NCBI GenBank assembly: GCA_047495785.1
Contig: JBLDXI010000019.1
Coordinates: forward strand, 992,001-1,056,000
DNA: 64,000 nucleotides
Direction of reading: 5' to 3'
DNA from: Lepidodermella squamata
Taxonomy: Eukaryota; Animalia; Gastrotricha
The translations under genes and the position numbers were made by a program. Below are positions 49,392-60,609 of this stretch, piece after piece. Position 1 is the stretch's first letter; the number at the start of each line of letters is the position of its first letter. The notes under the pieces are model-generated. The model worked only from the letters and a program-made list of their open reading frames with translations, had not been told where the DNA came from and searched no databases.

Positions 49392-51022
49392 TCAAGCGTC
49401 GTTGTAAATATTATCGGTTGCAGTTAGCTTCGATGCTGCAGGATCGGCGCATTTGTCCGAGCACGAAGGAGAAGATGCAACAGGAGTTAAAATCAAAGGC
49501 ACTTCAGAGATCGGAAGACTGGCATAGCATGGTGAGATCGGACGATCCACATTGGTTGAGATAGGATTGGGAGTACTGCTCGTGGGTACAGCGCTGTCAC
49601 GAAGTTCGCAATAAATATGGGAATTGCCATCTCGCTCGGTTGAAATTGAAGACAAATGCGCACTGTAAAAATATAATTATGAGATAAATTTATTACATAT
49701 TTTGAAAGAATCGCTACCTATTCGTTCCAGCGGTTGCAGCTTCGGATCCTGCTATTACATTAGGACACATCAGCGTAACCGACGAGGCACCCGTAACAGC
49801 ACTGCAGGTGCTGAACGCTACGGTGCATTTAGAGGTAGATATCGAAGCAAACGGCTTAGCGTTGAGATTTTTCTTAAAGACTCGCGCATGGCTGGTGTCA
49901 AGGCCTAACATTCCTGGAGTTTCAACGTCATTCAGCACTTTTGAATTCGTAGAAGTATTAATAATGTCAACAACGGAGTTAGATGGTGATTTCCCGTAAG
50001 GTTTCGCCCACATAGAATTTCCTGCCATTCTGAACCACGGCCACTGATTTCGCCGGCGACGATAGAGTATAGCGAAAACAACGAAAACAATGACTACTAA
50101 AACAGAAACGCCTCCAACTATAAGTAAGGCAATGACTGGAGTTTCTTTCTTCGAAACATCGGCAGACTGGTAACTGGAAACAACCGTTATGATGACAGGA
50201 TTTTCAAATGTCGTCGTAACATCTTTAGTTATCGCTGGGGCAGTGGTTGAGTTGATAGTGACTTTCGCAGTTGTAATCACAACAGTGGTAGAAGCTACGG
50301 GGACATCAAACATAAAAAAGTATGAAGAATAGGCACGATTAACATACTTTCCACACAGGTTAGGCCGTCAAGCTTAAGGATCCAGTTTTCAGGGCAAGAG
50401 CAAGTGTATGAACCCTCGGAATTTAGGCACATGTGGGAACAATTATGGCGCGAGTTATCAACGCATTCGTCTACGTCTGTTAAAGCAAAATTGCTTGAAA
50501 AAGGTTGAAGCTGTTATGATAACACGCTTACCGATGCAAGTTTTAGAATCACTCGTCAAAGTAAATCCTGATGGACAGTCGCATTTAAACGACCCCGGGG
50601 TATTAACGCAGATTTCTTTGCAATCGTGAGACTTCAGAGAGCATTCATCGACATCTAAAAATTCAAATAATAAAATAAATGACTTCTTTGTAATAAGTTT
50701 TATTACCGATGCATTGCCCGAGAACATCCCTTACATAACCTGGGCAGCAGTCTTTTTTGACAGCATTGCGATTGCATTCAGTCCGCACGTTGCTTTGAAT
50801 TTGCTTATCACATTGAAACACCAACCAACATTTCTCTTTCGTCCAGACTACTTGAGTTTTGTTACACGGGTAAACTTCTTCGAAGGGAGTTTCGACTTCG
50901 CAACTGAAGTATAATTCAAATTATAGGAACTCATGGATGTTTTCACCAAAAATTACTTACCCGCTTACATTCTTGAAAGCAGCCAAGGCAAATAAGCAAA
51001 GTAGTGAAAAGTTGACCATCAT
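49392..51022 (-). CDS. Type I membrane protein: signal peptide, EMI domain, two Ca-binding EGF domains, Thr-rich stalk, TM, cytoplasmic tail
   Basis: Spliced translation MMVNFSLLCLFALAAF...CEVETPFEEVYPC...CW...CCPGY...|DVDEC...|DVDEC...; TM VIALLIVGGVSVLVVIVFVVFAILY followed by RRRR. Confidence 0.85.
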
Positions 51023-52049
51023 CTTAGAATATTAACAAATTGACTCGACACTATGGACGAAGCTAGAATAAGCAGATGCTATAAGATAACAGCAGATGAC
51101 AGCGGTCTTGTAAAGTGTATATCTTGTGATCTTGTGATCAGCGATCAGCGGTTCAAAATGACGGTTATGAAGGATGAAGCAGGAAGACTGAAAAAATCAC
51201 AAAAGGCTTCCATTATTGATGAAAGCTAGGATAACAGGGGTTGGGGGGATAGCTACAAGAAACGTACACGGAGCGGGACATATCGCTCAAACACATCGTG
51301 AACGTAGCCACAACTGCTAGCTGATGGCTGCTGACGCATAACTTTGCGTGAAGCCAGGTGTGGAAACACTTCATTTTTGAATTTTCCCGCTTTGATTGTG
51401 ACAGAAAAAATGAATCCTCTGATGAATTAGTGCTGATTGATCACACAATTACTTTTAATTTTAGAGAATAAATATTTTATATTTTTAATGAATTGAATGA
51501 GGTATACCTCTGAACCAGCGCGTTATCCGAGCGGGAAAAGAGCTGGAAACGTGACGCGTATTTCTGGTTGAATAGTTGAAAAAAACTCTGCGGCCGAAGA
51601 AGGGGGAAAGTGGTGGCTAACTAACTACTAGCTAGCTGCTTGGCGGACTTCTGACCTGATTCATGAAAATTTTCGCTGCACCGCGTTTTGTTGACGCATC
51701 CGTCCTCAAGGCGTTATTTCGGAAAGCTGCGGAATCTCCGATAAGCCATTTCTTATTTCAACTCTCCCTATGATGAGAACTTCGGATGGCGGGCGCCTTC
51801 TCCTCTTCCCATTCCTCATTTCACGTGGGCTTTGGGCTGTAGACCTAATTTTCCTGAAACATTTTTAACTATTATGCTACTCGCCAAACTAGTTGCCTGG
51901 AAAATTTCCTTTCTCGGCATTTATCATCCGCTGTAGCCACTGTGGCTTCTTTTTTGGCTGTGTTTCCAGTGACTTGGGTAACAGTCATAGCTAACTTGAA
52001 CTGACCTAGTTGTGTTCTGCGTTTTCAGGTGAATTTATGATATATAGTG

Positions 52050-53021
52050 ATGGAACTAGCTGTTTGGAAGAATTCGCGTGGATTGGCTAGTTTTGACCAA
52101 AAATGTTTGTACGTGTTGGCTTACTGCCGATTTGCCAAAGTTCAAAACCTCGAGTTAAAAGAAGTGTCTAACTGGAGTGCATTGATATCTGATGCGCTTC
52201 CAACTCTCAAAGTGGAGCAATCCGAACACCAGCCATCAAATATATCTGGTCCGCGCGAAATCATCAGTTATTTACGGGAAGTTGGTAACGGTATTGATTC
52301 GTGGCTCACTGCGGTTCAATCAGCAGAGGCATGTGCAGTTGAGTCTTATGTCGTAGGATCGCTATCACCGGCTGTTGAGCATATAATGTGGGTTGACGAT
52401 AGCAATAGGAAGGCTCTCTCTCTAATTCTTGGTTGCAATTTTTTCAATACTACCGTATTTTCAAACTTTGCGCTGCCTTATGTTCGCCAAAAACACAAAG
52501 GCCAACTGGAACGCGTTGTGCTGCGGAAATTGATGTCGGAAGCTGATCTCAAGTCCACCATATACCATAATGCTAAAGAGTGCTTGTCTAATCTGTCATT
52601 GCGATTAGGAAACGATTCATTTTTCTGTGGCAATCAGCCGTGCTATCTCGATGCGTTGATTTTGTCATTCTTGCTATTCTTCAAACAGTATCCGTCAATT
52701 GATCGATCATTGGCCAACTACATCACGCAGTGCCCAAATCTTGATTCATTCGCCAAGCGCTTGTCCTCTTCGTTATTCTCTATCGATTTAAATGAGAGCA
52801 ATAACAATTTACCGAATCAAGCTTTGACAGTGTCAAACACTCAGGTTTCCGAGTTTCCCCACGCTGTTCGCAACACAGTACTTGCTTCTATTGTTGCTGT
52901 ATCGGCCATATTACTATATATGATATCAACCGGTATGCTGAAATTGGAGTTCTCCGAAGACGAGGGTTCAACTCCCAAGTCGGGGTCCAAAAAACGAGGC
53001 AGGAGAATAATCAAGTCATAG
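52050..53021 (+). CDS. MTX1: Metaxin-1/3 (mitochondrial outer membrane)
   Basis: MELAVW...GLASFDQKCLYVLAYCRF, GST-like AKECLSNLSLRLG...FFCGNQPCYLDA, and a C-terminal TM. Confidence 0.88.
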   Translation: MELAVWKNSRGLASFDQKCLYVLAYCRFAKVQNLELKEVSNWSALISDALPTLKVEQSEHQPSNISGPREIISYLREVGNGIDSWLTAVQSAEACAVESYVVGSLSPAVEHIMWVDDSNRKALSLILGCNFFNTTVFSNFALPYVRQKHKGQLERVVLRKLMSEADLKSTIYHNAKECLSNLSLRLGNDSFFCGNQPCYLDALILSFLLFFKQYPSIDRSLANYITQCPNLDSFAKRLSSSLFSIDLNESNNNLPNQALTVSNTQVSEFPHAVRNTVLASIVAVSAILLYMISTGMLKLEFSEDEGSTPKSGSKKRGRRIIKS

Positions 53022-53115
53022 TCATGCTATTTTCTATCAGCTTTGTCATCAATAAAGTTAACAACTGCCTTCATTTGATTCCGATGTTGTTTTTATTATA
53101 GGCTTTTGTTAATAT

Positions 53116-55462
53116 ATGGCAACACGGGATTTTGATAATATCCCCGAGGATCCAAACGTATCTGACATTGAAAGTGAAAAGGATGTTTTCAATGATGAAA
53201 CATTTGGCGTTGATATCGACGACTTGGAGGGTAACGAGTTCGATTTTTCATCGACTAATACTGCTGGACTTGTCCCGGCTCAATCTGCTTTCCCCAACGT
53301 GGCGACCAAGCATGGCGTTGTGTACAACGTGAGTGGCGATGACAGTGGCGATTCTGACGAAGCGAGTGCGCCTGCTCCGGCGCAACAGCATTGGAATAAG
53401 CCTTTGTCTCAGCGAAATGACGATCAATCGCAATTCAACCGCTCATCGGCTAATAACAATGTCAAGGGTCAGGCTTTTACCGAGCGACGAGCTGATCCGT
53501 ATCAAAATGCTCCGAATAGGGTAAAGTTTCATTCTCGCGCTAGCTTATCGGGATCTAATTTAAAGATTTACAGCAACCGCAATACTTTCGCCAAGATCAA
53601 GAGGATCATTCTCAGCGTTCGCAACAACAGCACCACCACCAGCAACAAAATCAGCAACCTCAGCATCCATTCCGGCTAAATTTTGCGTCTTTGTCTCTGT
53701 CGACTCAAGACCAGCACCAATTTCATAACAATTATCCGGGAAATAACGATGAACAACAATCGCACGGAGGTTCGTATCACCAACGCCAAAATTACCCGAA
53801 TCAGAATCAAAATCGGGATTACTACCAACAACAACAACAACAACAACAACAGCAACAATATCATCGTCAGCAAAGGGATGATAACGGCGATAACCAGAAC
53901 CAAAACGTTTCTTTCCAGCCGTTTTCATTCACTGGAAACGGAGCTCGACGACCACAGTGGGATGAGGATAATGGCCAACAGCGAAATTTCGGTCAACAAA
54001 ACCGTGGCTTTCATCATAATAATAACTACCAAAATAACGGAGGAAATGGGAGCCAGCCACAATATTTTCGCCAGCAACGTCAGCAAGGAGGTTACCAGCA
54101 GCAGCAACAGCAGCAAAACTGGCAGCAACGTGAAAATTATGGTGGAAATTACCAACAGCGCCACGGAAACTACCAACATCGGTTTGATAATGCCGATTAC
54201 GAAGGTCCGCGATTTCAACATCGCGACCAACACCGGCATTTCGAACGGCGAGGGCCGCATGACCCTTATGCTGGATTGATGACTTGGCGCGAAAAACTCA
54301 CCGTCCTTCGAATTCAATTGCTTCAAATAATCTCGGACCGCGGAAATAGTTTCGATGATTATTACGCAAGGATGTTGGCCGAAAAGCGTAGGGATCAGAG
54401 CCTTCGAGCGATTGGAGGTGCTGTCGCCACGACTAGTCAAGAGCCGCCTAAAGTCCCGAGCGAACAGGATGACAGTTCTGATAATGACGAGCGTTCTATG
54501 CGGCCGAATCGATTGGGCGTTGATTCGAACCGCCGTCGCACTGTTTCTGCTTCGGATAACAGCGGCAATAATAACAACCAGCGAAATCGCATCCCGATCC
54601 CCCGCCTTTCTGTCGTCGACGTACAGCCTTACAAACCCATGGCCTACCAGAATACGCTGGGCAAATGGACTGCGACTACCGTGACTCGCCCTCGTCAAAT
54701 CATTGATACATCTTCAATGATGCAAAACTTGGAGGATTTGCAGGAGACAGGTGGTAGGAGGGGCGAATCTGCTGCGAAATTGCTCATTCAAGCCCTTGGC
54801 TCAGTCGAACGTCTCTACGATTTCGTCTTATTGGCTGAAGACCTGGAGCGGCAATTGAAACCAGCCTCCGATCAAACCGCTGCCTCTGCGCCCGCTCTTG
54901 TGCCTGATAACGTCGAAGGTGCTTTGCGCGTCGGATCTTTCCAGTCGACCCAAATGCCGAAACCGGTTGACCCGGCGGAGCTGGAATCGCAGTTGGCGGC
55001 TACACGGCGAAATATTGCCTCAACTCTGTGTGCCCCTACTCGTTTGGCGTTGGTTCTGGCCATCAAGAAAGGCCGTAAAATTTTACCTCGAGCGCTCAAA
55101 ACTCTGGATCGCGGCCGTCTGTACTCTGACTCGTTCGAGGTTAGTTAAAAAATATTTCAAAAAACCTATTTTTACCCAGAATTTGTTCGAAACAGTTATC
55201 TTTCCAGTTGGCAACTATTCTTTGCGAGCATTTGCCATTGCTGATCCGACGTGAAACAAACGCGGCAGCTTTGGTCGCGGTTGTAACCCCGCTGTGCAGT
55301 TTTGTCAAAGGGGTTATCATCACTCGAAATGCGGCAAAGATACCTGGGAACAACGAAGATTTCCTGTTCACGGTGCGGGCCGTTTTGGCTGACAAAGCTC
55401 TGTCGACGCGGTCGCCCGAGCTCGTCACCCTTCTCGCCTCGCTCGTCAACGTGCGAAAGTGA
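53116..55462 (+). CDS. PATL1: PAT1 homolog (decapping activator, P-body scaffold)
   Basis: FNDETFG, DPYAGLMTWREK..IQLLQ..DDYY, NTLGK..VTRPRQII and KGRKILPR; introns 53521-53572 and 55140-55207. Confidence 0.88.
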
Positions 55463-56049
55463 CATGACGAAGAACGAGGACTTCGGCCTAGCTAAGCTAT
55501 ACATGAAACATCTCGATGTACAAATTGTTGCTTAATGTGGGGAGCAGTTCAAATATATACACACACAATTTCTGGTTTTGTTTCCGCTGCAGTCTTTGCG
55601 ATCTTTCAACCGATTAGAAGCTGCGCTGTTGAATTTTTCTGAAATTTTGATGATAAATTGTGATGGTTTCTCCGTTAATTTTCGTGCTTATTACAGCATT
55701 CTAACTCATGTACTATTTCTTCGTGTAATTATCATTATTATAGGCGAAGCAAATTATAACCGCTTTATTGTTTCTAGCAATCGTTATTTGAAAAATCCTC
55801 TCTCAATGTATATTTACATCATTGTAGCAGCCTATCAACGTTGCTTGAACCCAGTGTCGAAACTCCGGCGCTATTTGAAATGGAAAGTCGCCATTAACGA
55901 TTATAATTTTGACGAAGCCATCGCATCATGTGTTTTATACGCAGTTTCGGTAAAACAGGAGTATGACAAATAAAGAATTGTGAAATGCGTATGCACAATT
56001 TTCACTCATATTTTTGTCTTAATAGTTTTTCTGTTATTTTTAACTAAAA

Positions 56050-57753
56050 ATGGACGGCCCTGTTCCTGCCCTCGATCGATTGAAAGCAGTTTTAAATGAG
56101 AAAAAATTGAACATTAACGCGTTGACCGCGGTTGTTTGCGAAGACTCGTTCCGAGAGGAAATTGTTCAAGACGACAAAGCGTGGCCTGCTCTTGATTTAA
56201 TATGCGATTTTCTCGAAACTTCCGAGCTTCACCTTGACATGATCGAGGATTTGCTCACGTTCTTAGCAACGCGAGCGAACGCTAAGGAATTCGTCCTCGC
56301 GCTTTCCGACCGTCTGTATCGCGTGAAAAACGACGCGACATGGAGCAGTTTACTACGACCGGCCGCCATTTCGATCGACAAGTTCTTGAGATTTCGTCCA
56401 GCTGACGGCTTGATCGAAGACGCGATTTACTCGGCCATCCATCACTTGCTCTACGCCCCGAAACGACTCGCAGATTCGCTCGACCCGGAAGAATTGTTCG
56501 AGATTTGCTGTTCCAATGTTTCAGAGATCATGGATGACTTCTTCCCGGAAACCTACTCGAATGAAGCACTTGGGATGTTCACTGTTGCGGCCTGTTTGAC
56601 GCTTGCTGCCACTCCAATGAGCTCCGTGGCGAACGGGAGCAAGTTATGGCGTCAATCTGCTGAAAAGCTGTGCAAGGTATTTTCAATTCTCTAAATGAAA
56701 CAATTTTACCATTTATTTTTCTAGGTTATTCGTCGTCACTCTAGTCCTTACACAATTTTGCTGGACTTGACCGATGCTGGGCACCGGCATGACCGATTTT
56801 TAGGCCAATATTTTTACAACAACGCAAATGGCCGATGGGGTCATTTGAAGGCGGGCCTAGCCTGCCTACTAGCGGCTAATTGCTCAAATTTCCACCTGCC
56901 TCAAGTGCTCGATTCTCGATTCCGATTTTTTATGTGCGCTTCCATTGCTGCAGAATTACTTGGCGAGGTGACATTGGCTCAGAATCCTGATCTCGATGTG
57001 ATTGCGGACAGGTCGCAATGCGCTCTTGCTCATCAGTTGATAACTGACATGCTGGTCTCTATACCCCACAATACTTTCAATGCTGAATGCGTAACATCAG
57101 TCTTCCAACTTCTGTTGCGACGCCTGTTTCAAAGCCTTACTGGTATGGAATCTTCGTACAACGTTGATACAGAGGCTGCGGCTAAATTGGTTCAAGTTGT
57201 TGACGAATTATCTCTGCGACTAGATTACAGCGGGAAATGGCAGTTGATGTGGATGTGGCTTAATCAAGTCCCAGCTGATGGCCACCCGGCCGGGCCGATT
57301 CGGGCTATTGTCATCGATCGTTACCGATCTCTTCTGTCAGCTTCCTTAAACAATTTTCCCGAAATGTTGAGTGAAAAAGTCGCGAAAATGCTGCCTATGA
57401 TTTTGAGCATGGTTCTAGCCCGAGACAATGTTCGCGAGGGCCAGCCTGGTTTAATCCGGGTTGACGCGGCTATTTCAGCTTTAAGCCTGCTGCAATTTAT
57501 TCTGCTTGTCCCAACTGAGAAGCAATTAATTGACGATCAAACGCGGAAAACCATCGGAGTTTGGGTGGAATACGAACTCAGGCCATGTGTCGCTGCTACC
57601 AGAAATTTCCTTCAAGGTACGTCCTCCGCTGCCGGCAATGCGAACAATATGAACCCGTGGACTCATTTGTCTTCCCAACTGTTGGCTCGGCTCGACTTGG
57701 TCGAGTGTAATTTGGCTCGAGTCGAACAAATTCATGGACAATCATCGAAATGA
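56050..57753 (+). CDS. GLMN: Glomulin / YAP-binding / ALF4 family protein
   Basis: NAKEFVLAL, LPQVLD, ISALSLLQFILL and C-terminal LDLVECNLARVEQI resemble glomulin (NPKELLLGL, FDLIESVLARVEEL); intron about 56678-56724. Confidence 0.78.
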
Positions 57754-57936
57754 GCAATGAAACAAATATATTTATATACACATGTTGCGTTTATTATACC
57801 CGTTTTTTGCGTGCTTTCTTCCGAAACCTCAAAGCTGCTCCTCTTGTGTATTCCGTGCCATGATTTCTGAATAAAAAATATACTAATTAAAGACATATTT
57901 TTTCTCGGATTTTAGGGTTACAGAGTACGAAAAAAA

Positions 57937-58290
57937 ATGTCACAAATCGAAGGTACTCATTCCCAGTTGGCCGAAAATAACAGTGTTGAAGGGGCCGCGC
58001 TGCATCTCCCTGAAGATTGGATGATGAAGTATTTTGAAGGTTTCGACGAACGAACTTATGATGCTAAGCTGAGAGCGGACGCTAAAGAGTTCCAGAAGCT
58101 GTTCAACGCTGTTGTTGTCGAATTTCGCCAACTGGTTTGGTCGTCAGCCTTAGAAGAGCGTGCTTTCCTTGAAGAAATGGTCGATCTCATTCGCCAGGCT
58201 AAGGACAAAGAAAACGAGCTAATTGCTGAGAAAGAAGCTATCACCGCCAAAGTCATGCAGTTGGTCACTTCGAAACTGTCGACCCGTTGA
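57937..58290 (+). CDS. TEX12-like synaptonemal complex central element protein
   Basis: 117-aa helical protein. AKEFQKLF...SALEERAFLEEMVDLIRQAKDKENELIAEKEAITAKV parallels TEX12 SKEINLML...[36 protein letters not shown] (recalled from memory). Confidence 0.6.
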   Translation: MSQIEGTHSQLAENNSVEGAALHLPEDWMMKYFEGFDERTYDAKLRADAKEFQKLFNAVVVEFRQLVWSSALEERAFLEEMVDLIRQAKDKENELIAEKEAITAKVMQLVTSKLSTR

Positions 58291-58959
58291 AATTGTCCCA
58301 TCTTTTGCTATACTTACCTATTTGACAAGCTCAATAACTTTTGTTAATGGTTCAAATTTTCACTTGATTTCACAAATAATACTGAAATTTCAATCAATAT
58401 GGTCAAAGGAGAAATAAAACTCAACCCGTGATGATCCGACGCCGCTTTATTTTTCCGCCATTGGAATCAGGATGACAACCGCCAAAAAGGCTGACACAAC
58501 ATTAACAGATTTGATAATTAATTTATAGAAAGCAGTTATCGAAGACATTCCATAAAATCCGAGTTTAAATGAATAATTAATTATCGACTGAATCGCCTAC
58601 TTTTTTCGAATCGGTCGAATAGAAATTTCCTAACTGTAAACTGTAGCCATTTGATAAGCGCTAAGAACTATTTACATTTCGAAGTTAAGTAATTAACTGC
58701 CGTTGAGATTTGTTCGCGAAAAATATCAAAGATATCATGAATATTATGTTTCACGATTTATTGAACTTATGTACAACTTCTCGTTTTATCAACACAAATA
58801 TAGAGCGGTTAAGCTATCATCATCATCGACATCATCTGAAGGTAACACAGGTCATCGTTTTTCATCCGTAAAAAGCGCAATAATGTGGCAAGGTTGTTTT
58901 CAAAGTAAAGGCTACAGCGTAATTTATAGATGACATTAATATAAATTTTTGATCGATTT

Positions 58960-59776
58960 TTAGCAATCGTTGCATTCGACGATGAGCGGTGCTTCGTACG
59001 GGGTGTGCTTGATGCCAAACGAGTATCCGGGGGCTTTTGGCTTGTGTGCCCAAACCTGAGAGAGAAAAAATAGATAATTTGATGTGCCATCCTCTCAAAA
59101 TTTGACTTACCCCTTCGGGGGCGTGTGCGCCGGGGCCGGGTTTTGTTGTCGAGTCACCAGGCATGTGATTGCGCCCAACCAGGGAGTAAGCCGGCAGTTT
59201 GTCTTTGTACATGTTGGTGTCGACGACGTTGTAGGAGCCAGGGCCAGGGGTCTTTTGCAAGTCTTCGTGGAAGGAGCCGATTTTCGATCGGCCACTCAAG
59301 CTGACGGCAGGCGCGCTGTTCTTACCGCCGATCGGGGTCTTACCAATCATGCTCGGTACAGAGTAGACGTTCGGGCCGGGCGTGTTGTCAGTGCGGCGAA
59401 GAGCGTGACGGCCAGCGATCGAAAACGCGGGGGCCTTTGGCTTGGCGATCCAGCCGACGTTCTCCGGAGCGTACGCACCCGGGCCGGGGGTGATCTGGTT
59501 GGTGCCAATGTTGTGCCGCGAGTACAAGGAGTAGGCTGGGGTGCCGTCCTTGCCGTCACGGAAGATTTTCGGGGCTGGCATGTAGGCTGGTCCGGGCGAA
59601 ACATCGTCCCGCCACTTGCCGTGGCGAATACCGAACGAGTAAGCTGGGCCCTTGTTGTGCACAGATCGCGGATCGTGCTTGCTCTGGCCAACCAGCGCTG
59701 GTAGGGCGTAAACGGGGCCAGGCGACGAGTACATGGCCGCTACAGGGCCTCTCGGCTTTGTGTAATTATAGACCAT
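58960..59776 (-). CDS. ODF3: Outer dense fiber protein 3 (SHIPPO/PGP repeats; CIMAP1); intron 59056-59110
   Basis: PRGPVAAMYSSPGPVY and repeated TPGPGAY / PAYS motifs. Confidence 0.95.
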
Positions 59777-60092
59777 TTTTCACCAAGTTAAAATTGCTAT
59801 ATTGTGAATAAAAATAATCGAATATTAACAGCTTGAGCGGTAAACAGTTGTTTATTCGCGCGATAGGAAATGCTAATAATAAGGCGTCTAGAATGTTCTG
59901 TGAGATTGTTTTCACTTTTTTCAATAAGCCTCTCCTGCAGCTCCGACACTACTTTTGTGTCAGGCAAATATCGTGGTCAACTTCGTTGCGATGCGAAAAG
60001 TTTTCGCAGCGCAGTATATTTTATACGACTGCAGGCCGTTGTCGCAGCCACGGTGGGCTCCTATGACGACGCCTTTGTTCCTCCTATATGAC

Positions 60093-60105
60093 GTTGCCAG
60101 GCGAC
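60093..60105. promoter_or_regulatory. RFX X-box-like site upstream of ODF3
   Basis: GTTGCCAGGCGAC lies about 320 bp upstream of an axonemal gene. Confidence 0.55.
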
Positions 60106-60609
60106 ACGCGAGCGGTGAGAGAAGACACATGGGCGCGGCGCCGTCATACGCATGCATTTTCGTTTATTAGCTGCTGGTGAAACGCGCGACTAGCGCTCGG
60201 CTGCACCTAAATAGCGAAAAAATCGAAGACGCGCGTATACGCTATGATGAAAACATATGCTTATATTACCTTTTTCAATACTCGCTGTATATATTTTTTT
60301 GGCGCGGCGAAGAAATAGCAGAAAATTATCAATACACCCGCTGGTGCTCATTGAGGTGAGCGCTTCGATTACTTCCAACACTTAAAATGGATGTATAGAT
60401 TTTTTATTGGATAGGCTGCGCGGCTCATTGATAATTGATAGAGCGCTTGTTTATTACACACAGCATAGTACATTACCTTTCGCGTAAAAAATTACGCGGC
60501 TTAGTAAAAAAGCGTAACCCTGATTGAACACTGTAGTTGACAGTTGACCCAGCAATAGTAAATTTTTCAGAATTATCGAACAAAAATTAAGCACGATTTA
60601 TTTATTGAA

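Noticed and set aside
51969-51982. X-box-like GTGACTTGGGTAAC before metaxin
   Set aside because: The downstream genes are not ciliary. It shows that the degenerate motif can occur by chance, which also weakens the other X-box calls.
53560-54698. Long overlapping and antisense ORFs in PAT1 (similar ones in ODF3, ILK and HELZ)
   Set aside because: Explained by low-complexity or GC-rich codon usage of the real genes.
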